A stretch of 64,000 nucleotides of DNA, taken from an uncultured Chthonomonadaceae bacterium (GTDB taxonomy: Bacteria; Armatimonadota; Chthonomonadetes; Chthonomonadales; Chthonomonadaceae). Made by a program: the position numbers and the translations under genes. Location: NCBI GenBank assembly GCA_963835065.1, contig CAWIEK010000039.1, forward strand, positions 61,244 to 125,243, read 5' to 3'. Below are positions 29,326-39,876 of the stretch, one piece after another. The notes below the pieces were generated by a model, which saw only the letters and a program-made list of their open reading frames with translations, was not told the origin of the DNA and searched no databases. Every line of letters starts with the position of its first letter. The stretch's first letter is position 1.

Positions 29326-29607
29326 CTATCTTCCGCCGCCCGAACTGCCGGGGCCACCGCTCGAACCGCTCATGCCGCCGGAGCCGGGTCCGCCGGAACC
29401 GCCGGGACGCATACTGCCGGCCGCGGGCATGGTTCTGCCGCCGTTGGGCTGGCTTTCCCGCTCTTTCGCCAGTCGGCGGATTTCATTGGCGTCGTAGTCG
29501 CCTGAGCCGCCCGCGCTTTTCGCGGATTTGAAAATGACCACGAGCGCCAGCGCGATAAGTACGCCGACAACGCCGAAAAGTACAGGTTTAGGAATGCGAT
29601 CCAACAT
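29326..29607 (-). CDS. Small single-TM protein with Gly/Ser-rich tail
   Basis: AAGGAAG RBS; hydrophobic helix; ends 2 nt before the TPR gene start. Confidence 0.75.
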   Translation of the reverse strand: MLDRIPKPVLFGVVGVLIALALVVIFKSAKSAGGSGDYDANEIRRLAKERESQPNGGRTMPAAGSMRPGGSGGPGSGGMSGSSGGPGSSGGGR

Positions 29608-29648
29608 TGTAATCTTCCTTCTAAATTTTTCTGCTTGCTGTCTGATGT

Positions 29649-29691
29649 AAAAACGAAGGCTCCGCGAGGGCAGAGCCTTGCAGAGCCTTCG
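29649..29691 (-). terminator. Rho-independent terminator after the prepilin gene
   Basis: CGAAGGCTC...GAGCCTTCG stem followed by TTTTT on the minus strand. Confidence 0.65.
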
Positions 29692-29817
29692 CATTATTGG
29701 GCACAAACCGAAAAGTGACGCGCTAACGAGCGCCAACTTTCAACCCTAAACGGATACACGCTGAAAGTTCGCCGTTCCTGCCTTGCTATCAACTACGAAC
29801 TTTCAACTTGCAACGGC

Positions 29818-30642
29818 TTAGTTCCAGAAATGGCACGGGCCGGGCTTCATATCCACATCCCATCCCCAGTCGGAAACCAGGTGGGTATTATTGGGATCAG
29901 TGGGCGGATTGTTGACCAGTTCCGAATTGATCTGCGGGTAGGCAAGCGACTTTGGTTTTTTGTTCTTGGAATGCCCGTCGAAGTAGGTGTAGTTGCTGGG
30001 ACCGGTAAATCCGCGATGGGTATAAATGGCATGACTGTTGCACTGGCTGCTGCCTTCCAGGAACCAGTCCATACCGAAGTCGCCTTCGCGCCAGGTGTTC
30101 TCGCCAATCGCCACGAGGTTCGCCGGCCTGTTAATAGAGGCCAGTTTCAACGGTCGGTTGGCCCAGCCGTTGCCGGGATCGCCCGTATCCACCCAGGTGG
30201 TCGCGCCCGCGTTCATCGCGTAGCCTTGCGGCATCAGGCCATCTTGTTCCATCACGTGGCCGAAAGCGTTGTTGCGGTCATTGTTGGGATCATTGGTAGG
30301 GCCATCCGGGTCGGAAACCGGGTTGGACGGGCAGTGGAAAATGCCTTTGTTCTTGAGGTACGGTCCAATGGCGTTTTTCCACATCCAGCCTTCATGCCCG
30401 ATAAACTTGTAGGTCTTATCGTAGCCGGCGTAGATGCTGGGGAACGTTTCATCGGCATCCTGGGCATACATTTGCAGTCCCAAGCCCAATTGCCGCATGT
30501 TGTTGAGGCAGCTTGTCATACGCGCCGATTCGCGCGCCTGCGCGAACACAGGGAACAATATCGCGGCCAAAATCGCGATAATGGCAATGACCACGAGCAG
30601 CTCGATCAGGGTAAACGCTTTCCGTGCTTTCTGTCTGTACAT
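29818..30642 (-). CDS. Prepilin-type N-terminal cleavage/methylation protein (DUF1559 / H-X9-DG-like)
   Basis: [43 protein letters not shown] and YFDGH motifs; GGAGA RBS. Confidence 0.93.
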   Translation of the reverse strand: MYRQKARKAFTLIELLVVIAIIAILAAILFPVFAQARESARMTSCLNNMRQLGLGLQMYAQDADETFPSIYAGYDKTYKFIGHEGWMWKNAIGPYLKNKGIFHCPSNPVSDPDGPTNDPNNDRNNAFGHVMEQDGLMPQGYAMNAGATTWVDTGDPGNGWANRPLKLASINRPANLVAIGENTWREGDFGMDWFLEGSSQCNSHAIYTHRGFTGPSNYTYFDGHSKNKKPKSLAYPQINSELVNNPPTDPNNTHLVSDWGWDVDMKPGPCHFWN

Positions 30643-31300
30643 ATATCTCTCCTGGTGACAACGCGCTTCAGCGCGCATAGTAGGCGCCGCTCCCAAAACA
30701 AGATAAGTGCGCAAAAGAGCGGCGATGCAGGTGATAGTGGATAGCGCGTAGTTGCTAGGCATGTAAGAACTACGAACTTTCAGTGTCCCACTGCTAACAA
30801 ACATTGACAGCCCTATGCAGACTTCCAGTGCCAATGGGGTCTGCGGCTATCCGTTTCAACCGGCGCTTGAACAAACATCCGATCCAATGCTCGAACAAAC
30901 GCAAGCACAACCGCGGCAACTTCCAGCCGACTGCTGGAGCGATGATGGCGCTTCCAACGCGCTTTTTGTTTGCTGTGCCTAACTGCAAGACATAAGTTGC
31001 GTTGTTTTTGTTCCCTTTGCGATAAAAAAATCATGCGGCAAAAGAGAAGCAGGGGGGCTATCCGTCGCAGCCAATCTTGATATTCGGCTCTTGGCGTCCA
31101 AACAGTATAACATATCGTTATGTTTTTAGCAACAGCGTTCCCTTTTCCAGCACAAATATCAGGAGCAATTCTCTCCTTGATTATGCTATCTGTGGCGTCC
31201 GTGATTTTTGTAAACAAAAAAGGCTGCTTAATGAAGCCTGAATACTTAGTAAATCATTCTCAAACTGATAATGATACTGCAAGCGAAATTAAGAGGCAAC

Positions 31301-31331
31301 GAAAAGAGGAGGCTTTAAGCAGCCTCCTCTT
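31301..31331 (-). terminator. Rho-independent terminator after the DUF1549/1553 gene
   Basis: AAGAGGAGGCT / AGCCTCCTCTT stem with a T tract on the minus strand. Confidence 0.75.
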
Positions 31332-31368
31332 CCCGAATACCCCAACACTGAATACCGGAACGCCGACT

Positions 31369-33934
31369 TTAATGGTTGAACAAAAATTCTTTGCTGTTGA
31401 GCAGCGACCACAGCGCGTCCTGAAACCCCTCGTCCTTTTTGGGAGCCTGGGCAATCAAGCCAAGCAGGGCTTTGGATTCTGCCGGGGAGGGATGGCGGGC
31501 AAGCGCGGACAAAAACAGCGCGTCCAGAATATCGGCATCCGGCTTGCCGGACTTCAGCAGCGGGTTCAGTATGCAGTCGCCGGACTTCATCTTGCTTTGA
31601 ATGTTTTCGCTGTTGAGCAGGGCCAGCGCCTGGCTGATAGCGGGGCTGCAATTGCGCTCGGCGTCACTGGGCTGTACGCGAGGCGGACGCCCGAATGTAT
31701 CCAGCATGATGCTTGGGATTTCCGTATCCGCCAGTTCGCAGGCGCGGGTTCCCAGCGACACCCCCTGATACTTGTCCCATACTCCCGTTACCTGCGACAC
31801 GGCATCCGCCAGTTCTTCGGCAGGCAGGCGGCGCGGCTGATAATGCGAAAACAGTTTCACATCTATTTTATTCGTCTTGTTGGGTATCGAACTTAACTGA
31901 TAGGTGCGGGATTTCAGGATCGTGCCGAGCAGGTACTTCAAGTCGAAATTATGCCGCTTCAGGTCGTCGCACAGAGCGCGCATCAGCGGTTCGTTTTTGG
32001 CCGGGTTGGTACTGCGAATATCGTCTACGGGTTCCACAATCCCCGACCCGAAGCAGCGCGCCCAATAACGGTTCACAATGGCGCGGGCAAAATCATCGTG
32101 CCTGACGATCCACGCGGCGGCTTTCACGCGCCGGTCTTCTTCCTGCGGGCTGCCGTCCTTGCCCTTTGCGGTTTTCACAAAGCCCAAATCGGCGCGGTCT
32201 AAGGGGCGGGCGCTCATCAGTTCCCCGGTGCGCGGGTTGCGCACGTCGCCGTTTGCCGTCGCCTGCAATTGTTCGGGTACGCCGTCGTCCGTGTCGCCCT
32301 TGCCGGTCAACTGCTGCCACAGCGCGGTAAAGTGGTAGTAATCGTCCTGCGTGTAGCGCTCGGTCGGGTGGTTGTGGCATTTGGCGCACTGGATGCGCGT
32401 TCCCAAAAAGACTGCAGCCGTCATTTCGCCCGTGACCTGCGGGGCGCGCACCCAACTGCCCTCGCCTTCCTTTTGCGGCGAGCGGCTGATGAAAAAGTAC
32501 CCGCCCTGATTCTGTTCCAGCGAACCGTTTGCCGTGAGAATGTCGGTTGTAATCTTGTCCCAGCCCCGGTTCTGGTTGAACTGCTCCATCATCCACTGCT
32601 GCATCTGCATGGCGTACTTGCGGTGCAGGTACTCGCGGCGCAGGACAAATAAATCGCCGAATTTCAGCGCCCAAACCATGCCGTATTCAGGCCGCTGCAA
32701 CAGCGCATCCACCAGTTTATCCCGCTTGTCAGGCCGGGTGTCTTCTAAAAAGTTTTTGGCTTCCTCGGCTGTCGGCAGGGTTCCAATGGCGTCAATATAA
32801 GTCCGGCGCAAGAACTCCTGATCGCTGCAGAGGCCGGACGGCTCAATGTGCAATTGCTTTAATTTGGCGTTGACCAGATCATCCACATAATTGTTACGGG
32901 CTTTATACGCCGCGTCGGAAACCGTTTGCGCAAACGGGCTGACCACGCGGACAACGGCCAGTTTGTCCATGTATTTGGCCGTAATCGCCGTTTCGCCCGC
33001 GCGCTGCATTTGCGCCAGCCCGCTTTCCGTCACGGTGGCAAGCGCAATGTCATTGGAATTGTAAATCGCGCGCCCGGTCACGTCCTCGGTACGTCCATCT
33101 GCGAATGTGGCGCGGACGAGCAGGCGTTGTTTCTGTCCCGGTTTCAGTTGGCGGTCGCCGGGCAGAATTTCTAGTTTCGCAAGCGCGGCTTCCTTGCCGG
33201 TCGGTCCGGGCGTACCCTGCCGTATCCAATCCAGCAACAGGCGGTACTCGCGGGAGTCCGCATCCAGACGCTTACCGCCCCGGTGCGCCACTTCCGCCAG
33301 AGGCTTGCGCAAAAACAGGCTGTGTTCCGGCGCTTCGCGGCTGATACGCCGCCCACCCAGTTGCCGCGTAATCGAAACAATGTCTATTTCGGGCGCATAC
33401 CCGCGCAGGCTCAGGCGAAACCCGCCCTTGCCCTGCGCCGCGCCATGACACGTTCCGCTGCTGCATCCCAACCGCGACAAAACCGGCACGACATCATTGA
33501 CAAAAGAGACTGTCGGCGGCGTTTTCATGCCGGAAGTCGTGATCTTTGCCGTCAGCGGTCTTGCCGTTCCATTTCGCGGCAACCACTCCCTGCCCATCGC
33601 CAATTCCGCTCACTTCACCCGATTGGGAAACGGCCAGCAATTTAGGGGCAGGCGTCGTAAACGTCGCTTCATCCGTCACATCGCGGGTCGAGCCGTCCCG
33701 AAACGCCGCCGTCACCAGCAAATGCTGCACGGCCTGCGTACCGGACAAATTGACGGACGCAGGCGTAATCGTCAGGCCGACAACTTGCGCGTTCGGGGCA
33801 TCCTTGCCGGATGCTTTCGCCGCAGGCATACCGGCCTTTTTAGCGCGTGGCGGCGCGGCCTGCGCGTTCAGCCCCGGCAAAACGCAGGCGCACACAGCCA
33901 GAAAAGTAACGGCAAAAATGTATTTGATCTTCAT
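31369..33934 (-). CDS. DUF1549/DUF1553 (PSD1) protein with Ig-like domains (frameshift ~33560)
   Basis: Signal peptide; SFVNDVVPVL...CSSGTCHG, FLRR...GTLPT, CAKCHNHP, VNRYW..FG.GIVEPVDD and LLNSKEFLFNH motifs. Confidence 0.92.
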
Positions 33935-34124
33935 GGTAGACAGGAATTTACAGGAAACAGCGCGGCGAAGCAGAGCAAATGTTAGTACACTGTATTGTAT
34001 CTTATTCGACAGCGCGCCGCCAAAGATGTTTCACCTGTCTCATGCTTGTTGTTTCCAGCCTCCTGCATGAGTATCCGGCATATAAAATCTCCTCGTTCCC
34101 CACAACTTTGCGCTTATGCCTGCC

Positions 34125-35369
34125 TTAGCGTGCAGCAGCGTTTTTGCTTCCTTCTACGAAGGGATTGCCTGGTTGTGGCGGGTCGGCGCGGCCATAGATG
34201 CTCGTATTGGGGAAGGAAGCCGCCCAGCCGTACCACTGGCTCAGATGATAGTCCAGCCGTTGCAAGCCCTTGCCTTTAAGCGGGCCGTTTTCTCCCTTGC
34301 CTTCCAGGTTCCAGCGCGTTCCTGTTTCGCGGTCATAGAAAGCGGCTGTACCCCCGGCTTGCCCGCGCGCTTCCAAAGTCAGCGTTTGCGACCCTACCCG
34401 GCGGGAGAAAGCGGCGGCAGTCTGTGTGCGGGCATCCAGCAGTACGCCTACCGGTTCCTCGCCCAAAATGTCATTGACCACGCCCCCGGCCTGTACAAGC
34501 GCCTGTATCGGATAAGCGCGGTACAAAGGAGTTTCACTTTGCCTGCCCTTGTATTCCCGCTTAGGTTCCTTTTTCGGGTTGAGGGTTACAGCCAGCACCA
34601 GATCAAACGGCGGCAGGCGCTTATCGCCGCGCGTGACGGTCGCGCCGAAGAACGAGTAGACAGAACCCCCCTCATGCCGCTTTCCCTCCACGTTCGAGGA
34701 GCCATAAAACTTTTTGAAAGCCATGTCCTCCGACATTACCAGCGTATCCGGGTGCAGTTTTTTCCACGCCCCCCAGGTCGTGTCCAGCAGGGGGCCGGTG
34801 TTGAGGCGCGTACCAGTCAATGGCCCTGTCACGATACGCCCCTCGCCGATCAGGAACACGCCCTGCGTGCGGCGTTCGTACAAGGTCGCAATGCCGTTAT
34901 ACGCGCCGCAAAAGTCGAATTTCAGCGTTATGCCGCCCACTCTCGGATCATAGCGGATGCCAGTATTACAATTACTGCAAAAGGTGATGGCAACGGGGAT
35001 TTTGCCCCTGCGCAACGTGCCGATCTCGTCATTGACGACATGGTGGAAGGCCAGAAACCGCATAGGATAAGCCCGGCTTTCTCCATTCTCGGAGATGCCC
35101 AGAACATATTCCGCATCGCTGAGAAAGTCCGCCTGCAATGCCCCAACCATTCTGGGCGAGTCCAGCGAAACAAACGGCTTGAAGGAACGCGCATCCCACA
35201 GGGCTTCGGGCTTAATGTCCGGGGCGATTTGTTGAGCAGGCAGGGTGTCAGGTTGGACTGCCAACATCGGCGTTGGCGCGGAGGGCGCATGACGGCAGGA
35301 AACCAGCGCCAACCCCAGCAACAGCACACCGGTGAGAAATACAGAATATGGGAAGCAGCGAAACTTCAT
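34125..35369 (-). CDS. DUF3179 family lipoprotein
   Basis: Lipobox LVSC; RAYP...HHVVND, TFCSNCNTG, TTWGAWKKLHPDT and WYGWAASFP motifs. Confidence 0.85.
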   Translation of the reverse strand: MKFRCFPYSVFLTGVLLLGLALVSCRHAPSAPTPMLAVQPDTLPAQQIAPDIKPEALWDARSFKPFVSLDSPRMVGALQADFLSDAEYVLGISENGESRAYPMRFLAFHHVVNDEIGTLRRGKIPVAITFCSNCNTGIRYDPRVGGITLKFDFCGAYNGIATLYERRTQGVFLIGEGRIVTGPLTGTRLNTGPLLDTTWGAWKKLHPDTLVMSEDMAFKKFYGSSNVEGKRHEGGSVYSFFGATVTRGDKRLPPFDLVLAVTLNPKKEPKREYKGRQSETPLYRAYPIQALVQAGGVVNDILGEEPVGVLLDARTQTAAAFSRRVGSQTLTLEARGQAGGTAAFYDRETGTRWNLEGKGENGPLKGKGLQRLDYHLSQWYGWAASFPNTSIYGRADPPQPGNPFVEGSKNAAAR

Positions 35370-36298
35370 GCCTGCTCTTTCGCCATTGCTCTAATTAATG
35401 CCTTTGCAAATAATATTTGAACATCCTGTTTGGGTACAGGCGCGACTTTAGGTAAGCGGGCGACAAGCGCGGGCGACAGGTAGAGCGACTCGAAGGTTGT
35501 TTCGTCGCGTCCGAGCAAGGTGGCTTGCGAGGAACGTCCGGCGTCCAGCAGAAGGTGGTGAAGGCAGAGGTCGGCAGGCAGTGGTTTGCCATACGACTTA
35601 CCGCCCGTCTGCCCGTCGTAACTCAGGATGTAGGAAATGCCATTGCGGTTGAGCAGGCGAAGCGCATCTACAAACTCCTCAGCATCAATGCCGTCCTTGT
35701 AACGCCGGTCACGCTCGCCGCACACGCCCTGATACGGCGGGTCCATATACACAACATCTTTGGCATCCACGTTTGCCAGCGCGTCCGCATACAGCCCGCA
35801 GCGCAATTCCGTCCTGCCGCGCAGCAAGCGAGACGCGCCTAGAATATGGGCGCGCATGGTGTCGGGACGCGCGCCCTGCCGCCGGTTGTCAGGGCTTTGG
35901 TTGAACTCGCCGCTGCTGTTGTAGCGGATGGAGGCTTTGGCGCAGCGCGCCAGCAGATACAAAAACAAACCGGCGTCCTGCGTTCGGTTGAAACGCGCCC
36001 GCACCTGATCGTAGTAATCGCGTTCCTGCCCCTGCTGTTCCTGCCACAACTGCGCATACGCGCCCGCAACGGTTTCCGGCTCGTTGATGATTGCCCGCCA
36101 CAAGTCCACAAGGGGCTGATTGATGTCGTTGAGCAGGAACAGGGGCGCTTGCTTGCTATGCGCGGTTGCCAGCGAAACCGCCGCCGAACCTGCAAACGGT
36201 TCAACGATGCGCCTTGTATCCGAGGGAACATACGGCAGGATCATCCCTGCCAGATTACGCTTGCTGCCTTGATAGGGGATAGGATGGGGAACGCGCAT
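35366..36298 (-). CDS. D12-class N6-adenine DNA methyltransferase (Dam-like), orphan
   Basis: YQGSKR, EPFAGS, LNDIN and YMDPPY motifs. Confidence 0.92.
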   Translation of the reverse strand: MRVPHPIPYQGSKRNLAGMILPYVPSDTRRIVEPFAGSAAVSLATAHSKQAPLFLLNDINQPLVDLWRAIINEPETVAGAYAQLWQEQQGQERDYYDQVRARFNRTQDAGLFLYLLARCAKASIRYNSSGEFNQSPDNRRQGARPDTMRAHILGASRLLRGRTELRCGLYADALANVDAKDVVYMDPPYQGVCGERDRRYKDGIDAEEFVDALRLLNRNGISYILSYDGQTGGKSYGKPLPADLCLHHLLLDAGRSSQATLLGRDETTFESLYLSPALVARLPKVAPVPKQDVQILFAKALIRAMAKEQA

Positions 36299-36679
36299 AA
36301 ACGACACTCCAAGTAAAAGCATGACAGTGTACAGACAAGCGCAGGCACTCTGCAGTCTGCGGAAACAAACACAGCAAAAAAGAGCCAAACCACGCGAAAA
36401 AAGAGGAAACCTTTGCCGTACATACCCTGTCTAATTAGTACAAGTGTCTACTATACAGACAGCAAGGTTGAACGTCCGAGTTCCTATCAACTATCAACTA
36501 TCAACTAACAGAAGGGAGGTGCCAGTCCTATGTTTCACCCCTCCCGTCCGCCCTGACGCTGTTGAGGTCACGACGCCTCTCTTCTACAATTTGACACAAC
36601 GAGACATCGGGCTGGAAGCGCTGCATTGCCAAGATTTCGACGATGCCTCTACATATCCTTTTTTCTACCTGCCAAGACC

Positions 36680-36716
36680 GTAGAAGCCCCCGGATTTATC
36701 CGAGGGGAGTTGTCAC
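36680..36716 (+). repeat. Solo IS200/IS605-end-like hairpin
   Basis: GTAGAAGCCCCCGGATTTATCCGAGGGGAGTTGTCAC resembles tnpB-element right ends; no transposase nearby. Confidence 0.6.
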
Positions 36717-36727
36717 GCCTGCTCTTT

Positions 36728-37657
36728 TCATTCGCCCGGTTCGGCCTTGCCTTCGATGATGCGGACGAACAATTGCTCCAGGGTTTCGCGCTGTGGAACC
36801 AGGGCGAGCAGGCTTGCGCCGTTTTGCACCAGGGCGCGGGCCAGTTCGGGAACATCGTCTTCGCTGCGCACCCAGGCCGTGAAGCGCGTAATCGGGACTC
36901 GCTCAATTTTCAATTTGGAAGCGATTTGCCGCACCGCGTTCATGGCCGCGTCGTTCATGTCGCGCACCTGCACCTCGATGCTGGAAGCAAAACCGAGCAG
37001 TTCGTCCATTGTGCCCTGCGCCGCGATTTGCCCTTGCTTGATAATCGCCACCCGGTCACACGTCATTTCAATTTCCGACAGCAGATGCGAGTTGAGCAGA
37101 ACGGTTTTGCCCTGCCCGCGCAGTTCCATCACGATGTCGCGCACGTCGCGCCGCCCGATGGGATCGAGGGCGCTTGTCGGCTCGTCCAAAATCACCAGTT
37201 CCGGCTCGTGCAAAATGGCCTGCGCCAATCCGACGCGCTGCTGCATGCCCTTGGAAAACTCGCGTATCTTGCTGTGGGCGCGATCCGCCAGCCCGACACG
37301 CTGCAACACTTCGGGGATACGCCGCTTGCGCTGTTCGCGGCTCATGCCGTTGAGTTTGCCATGCAGATTCAAAAACTCCGTTGCGGTCAGAAACTCGTGA
37401 AACTGAAATTTTTCGGGCAGAAAGCCTATCCTTCGGCGCGTCTGCACATCCCCAACGGGCTTGCCAAGCAGGGTCGCCGTGCCCGACGAGGGGCGGATGT
37501 TGCCCAGCAGCATCATAATGGTGGTCGTTTTGCCCGCTCCATTGGGGCCGAGGAAGCCAAACACTTCACCGCGCGGCACTGCCAGATTCAGATGCCGCAC
37601 GGCGGTAAAGTGTTTGTAGGTTTTGCCCAGGTCGTGGGTTTCGATAGCGAGGTTCAT
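36728..37657 (-). CDS. ABC transporter ATP-binding protein (ABC-2 type)
   Basis: GPNGAGKTT, FSKGMQQR, ILDEPT and SH switch motifs. Confidence 0.95.
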   Translation of the reverse strand: MNLAIETHDLGKTYKHFTAVRHLNLAVPRGEVFGFLGPNGAGKTTTIMMLLGNIRPSSGTATLLGKPVGDVQTRRRIGFLPEKFQFHEFLTATEFLNLHGKLNGMSREQRKRRIPEVLQRVGLADRAHSKIREFSKGMQQRVGLAQAILHEPELVILDEPTSALDPIGRRDVRDIVMELRGQGKTVLLNSHLLSEIEMTCDRVAIIKQGQIAAQGTMDELLGFASSIEVQVRDMNDAAMNAVRQIASKLKIERVPITRFTAWVRSEDDVPELARALVQNGASLLALVPQRETLEQLFVRIIEGKAEPGE

Positions 37658-37659
37658 GT

Positions 37660-39174
37660 TTAGGGCTGTTTCGGCACAACGGCTTCCGGGCGCAGGACGT
37701 GCGCGACGGTGTGCAGTTTCCACACGCGCTTGTGCCAGGTCACGGTGGCGTCTAAGGGATAATCGCCGGCGGGCGTGGTGGACGGCAGTTTGAACACGAA
37801 TTGGCGGCTCGCGTGTCCGTCCTCTTTTTCTACCGTGAGCGGCAGTTTGGTGCGCTTGTTGTCTACCAGTTCCCAGCTTGGGGGAATCGTCAGTAGTTCC
37901 ACGTCACAGTTCATCTGGCCGGGATTGGCGTTGTACACATCTACGACAACCGTAAACATCGTCGGCCCGACAATCGTTACCGGGTCGGGCTGCGTGGACA
38001 TTTGCGGCTGAAGCGGCTCCACAACGGAAAACGACGTGGACGATTGTATCTGCTTGCCGTTGTCCAAATCTACGGTTACTTGCAGCGTGTACGTTCCGGG
38101 CGGCAGGTCGGCGGGCAGCAGCGTTTCATACGCCAGTTTCAATTTTTTCATCGGGCCAACGGGCGGAACGGCCACGCGGCGTACGCTGTTGACGGCATTG
38201 GTCGAGCCGCTTGTGCCGCCCCATTGCACCGCCTTGATGGGCATGGCGATGTCGGTCTGATTGTACAATTCCATCGTGGCGAACAACTTCTGGCCGGGAA
38301 CGCATTTTTTATCGGAAAGCGTCAGGTTCGGATTGATTCCCGAAGCCGACAATTGCCGCGCTTCCACTAATGTCGCGTCCAGCAATAAATGCGGCTCAAA
38401 CGGAGCGGTCGGCGTATACGAACTTGCTTCGCCGGGCGGAAAAAACTCGCCGCGCAGCCCGATGTTCGCGCCGGGACGCATCACCAGGCTGCCCATGCTT
38501 TTGGGAATGGCGATTTCCACGACCTGACTGCCGCCTTCCAGTTTGCTCGCCACCTGTATCTGCTTGGCGTCGGCGGAACGATCCGCCCACATAGGCGTTT
38601 CTTTGCTGTTGGAGGCATCGAGCAGGCGCGCGGTGACGGACGGCTGACTTCCTTCCGTCACGCTGCCGACAACCACTTCCAGATTGTCCGCGCCCCGCAG
38701 CCAGCCGTCGTTACTGGCGTCAATATCGAATACCAGCATCGCGGGGCCATCGGTTTTCGCGGCCAGGTACAGATAGTTGTCGTCCCAGTTGCAGTAGATG
38801 CTTCCCTTGATGGGGCCTTCCGCAACCGAGTAAAACGTGTCCCACTCCCCCTCGCTTATTTTGCCATCCAACTGCACCGTGCGGCGGGGGCGCTGCGCTT
38901 CCGAAACCACTTTGGGGCGGGCGTGAAAATTAACCATACGAGAATCCCGGTTCGGCGTCGCTGTGGGCGCAAGCGGCGGATCGGTCTTATCCTGCTTGTC
39001 CTGCTTGTCCGCCGTATCCTGCGCGGCTTTCTTCGGCGTCTTCGGGTCGGCGTCGTCCTGCGCCCGCGCCCCGCCCAACAGGGACAGGCTCAAAACGCCA
39101 ACCGCCGCCAGCCGGGCAGCTACCGACCGATGGGGCAAATGAATGGCACGTTTCCATAGATGTAGGGGCAACAT
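37660..39174 (-). CDS. Exported protein with carbohydrate-binding-9/DOMON-like and Ig-like domains
   Basis: Signal peptide ending ARA; LDGKISEGEW...NWDDNYLYLA...VEIAIP pattern. Confidence 0.75.
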   Translation of the reverse strand: MLPLHLWKRAIHLPHRSVAARLAAVGVLSLSLLGGARAQDDADPKTPKKAAQDTADKQDKQDKTDPPLAPTATPNRDSRMVNFHARPKVVSEAQRPRRTVQLDGKISEGEWDTFYSVAEGPIKGSIYCNWDDNYLYLAAKTDGPAMLVFDIDASNDGWLRGADNLEVVVGSVTEGSQPSVTARLLDASNSKETPMWADRSADAKQIQVASKLEGGSQVVEIAIPKSMGSLVMRPGANIGLRGEFFPPGEASSYTPTAPFEPHLLLDATLVEARQLSASGINPNLTLSDKKCVPGQKLFATMELYNQTDIAMPIKAVQWGGTSGSTNAVNSVRRVAVPPVGPMKKLKLAYETLLPADLPPGTYTLQVTVDLDNGKQIQSSTSFSVVEPLQPQMSTQPDPVTIVGPTMFTVVVDVYNANPGQMNCDVELLTIPPSWELVDNKRTKLPLTVEKEDGHASRQFVFKLPSTTPAGDYPLDATVTWHKRVWKLHTVAHVLRPEAVVPKQP

Positions 39175-39251
39175 GACGCTTTCCTCCCTGCGCGTAGTGA
39201 ATTATCTTCCATCCTAACTCTAACACGATTCCCGCCCGCCTGTCAAGTGGT

Positions 39252-39731
39252 TTATTCTGTTCTCAGCAGTTTCTCCACGAATTGCGGCAGGCGCATGGTC
39301 AGGGCGGAGTTGGCGACGAGGAGGTCGCAGCCGGCGGCGAGGGCGTTGGGGCGAATTTGCGGCATCCAGACGTGCGGGCAGAAGCCTAAGACGGGTGGGG
39401 GATGGGGCAGTTCCTTGATGTGGCGCGTCACGTCGGCGGGCGAAACGCGGTCGCTGCCGAAATTGACGATGACGAGCGCGGGCGCGTGTTGCCGGGCGTG
39501 TTCCAGCGCCTTTTCTTTGTCGCCGATGACGTGAACCGCGTAGCCGAGTTTTTTCAACACGCTTTCGATGCGGACGGAAAAGAACAGGTCGTCCTCAACG
39601 ACGAGAATGTTGAGGGTTGAGGAGGGTGTTGGGTGTTGGGTGTCGGGTGTTGGGACAGGCGAGGCTTGTTCTATTTCTATGGGCGTGGTTTTCTGTTCGG
39701 CAGGGTTGTTGTCATGGTTGGTTGTGTTCAT
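39252..39731 (-). CDS. Atypical single-domain response-regulator receiver
   Basis: ILVVEDD...LGYAV...PALVIVN; N-terminus is repeat-derived. Confidence 0.8.
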   Translation of the reverse strand: MNTTNHDNNPAEQKTTPIEIEQASPVPTPDTQHPTPSSTLNILVVEDDLFFSVRIESVLKKLGYAVHVIGDKEKALEHARQHAPALVIVNFGSDRVSPADVTRHIKELPHPPPVLGFCPHVWMPQIRPNALAAGCDLLVANSALTMRLPQFVEKLLRTE

Positions 39732-39876
39732 ATTGGAACTTCATTTCGTTGTATGTTCAGCCTGAATGAGCAGTCGCTGAAAGTTCGCACTTCCTGTATC
39801 CCTATCAACTACGAACTATCAACTATCAACTGCTTCCTTGCGTTCATTCGCGGCTATTCACTGCATTATTTGCTCA

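Noticed and set aside
30790..31300. Possible riboswitch/ncRNA or Fur-box-like site (AATCATTCTCAAACTGATAATGAT, ~31252-31275) upstream of the prepilin gene
   Set aside because: Could not match a known riboswitch consensus by eye and the Fur similarity is partial; needs an Rfam/Infernal scan
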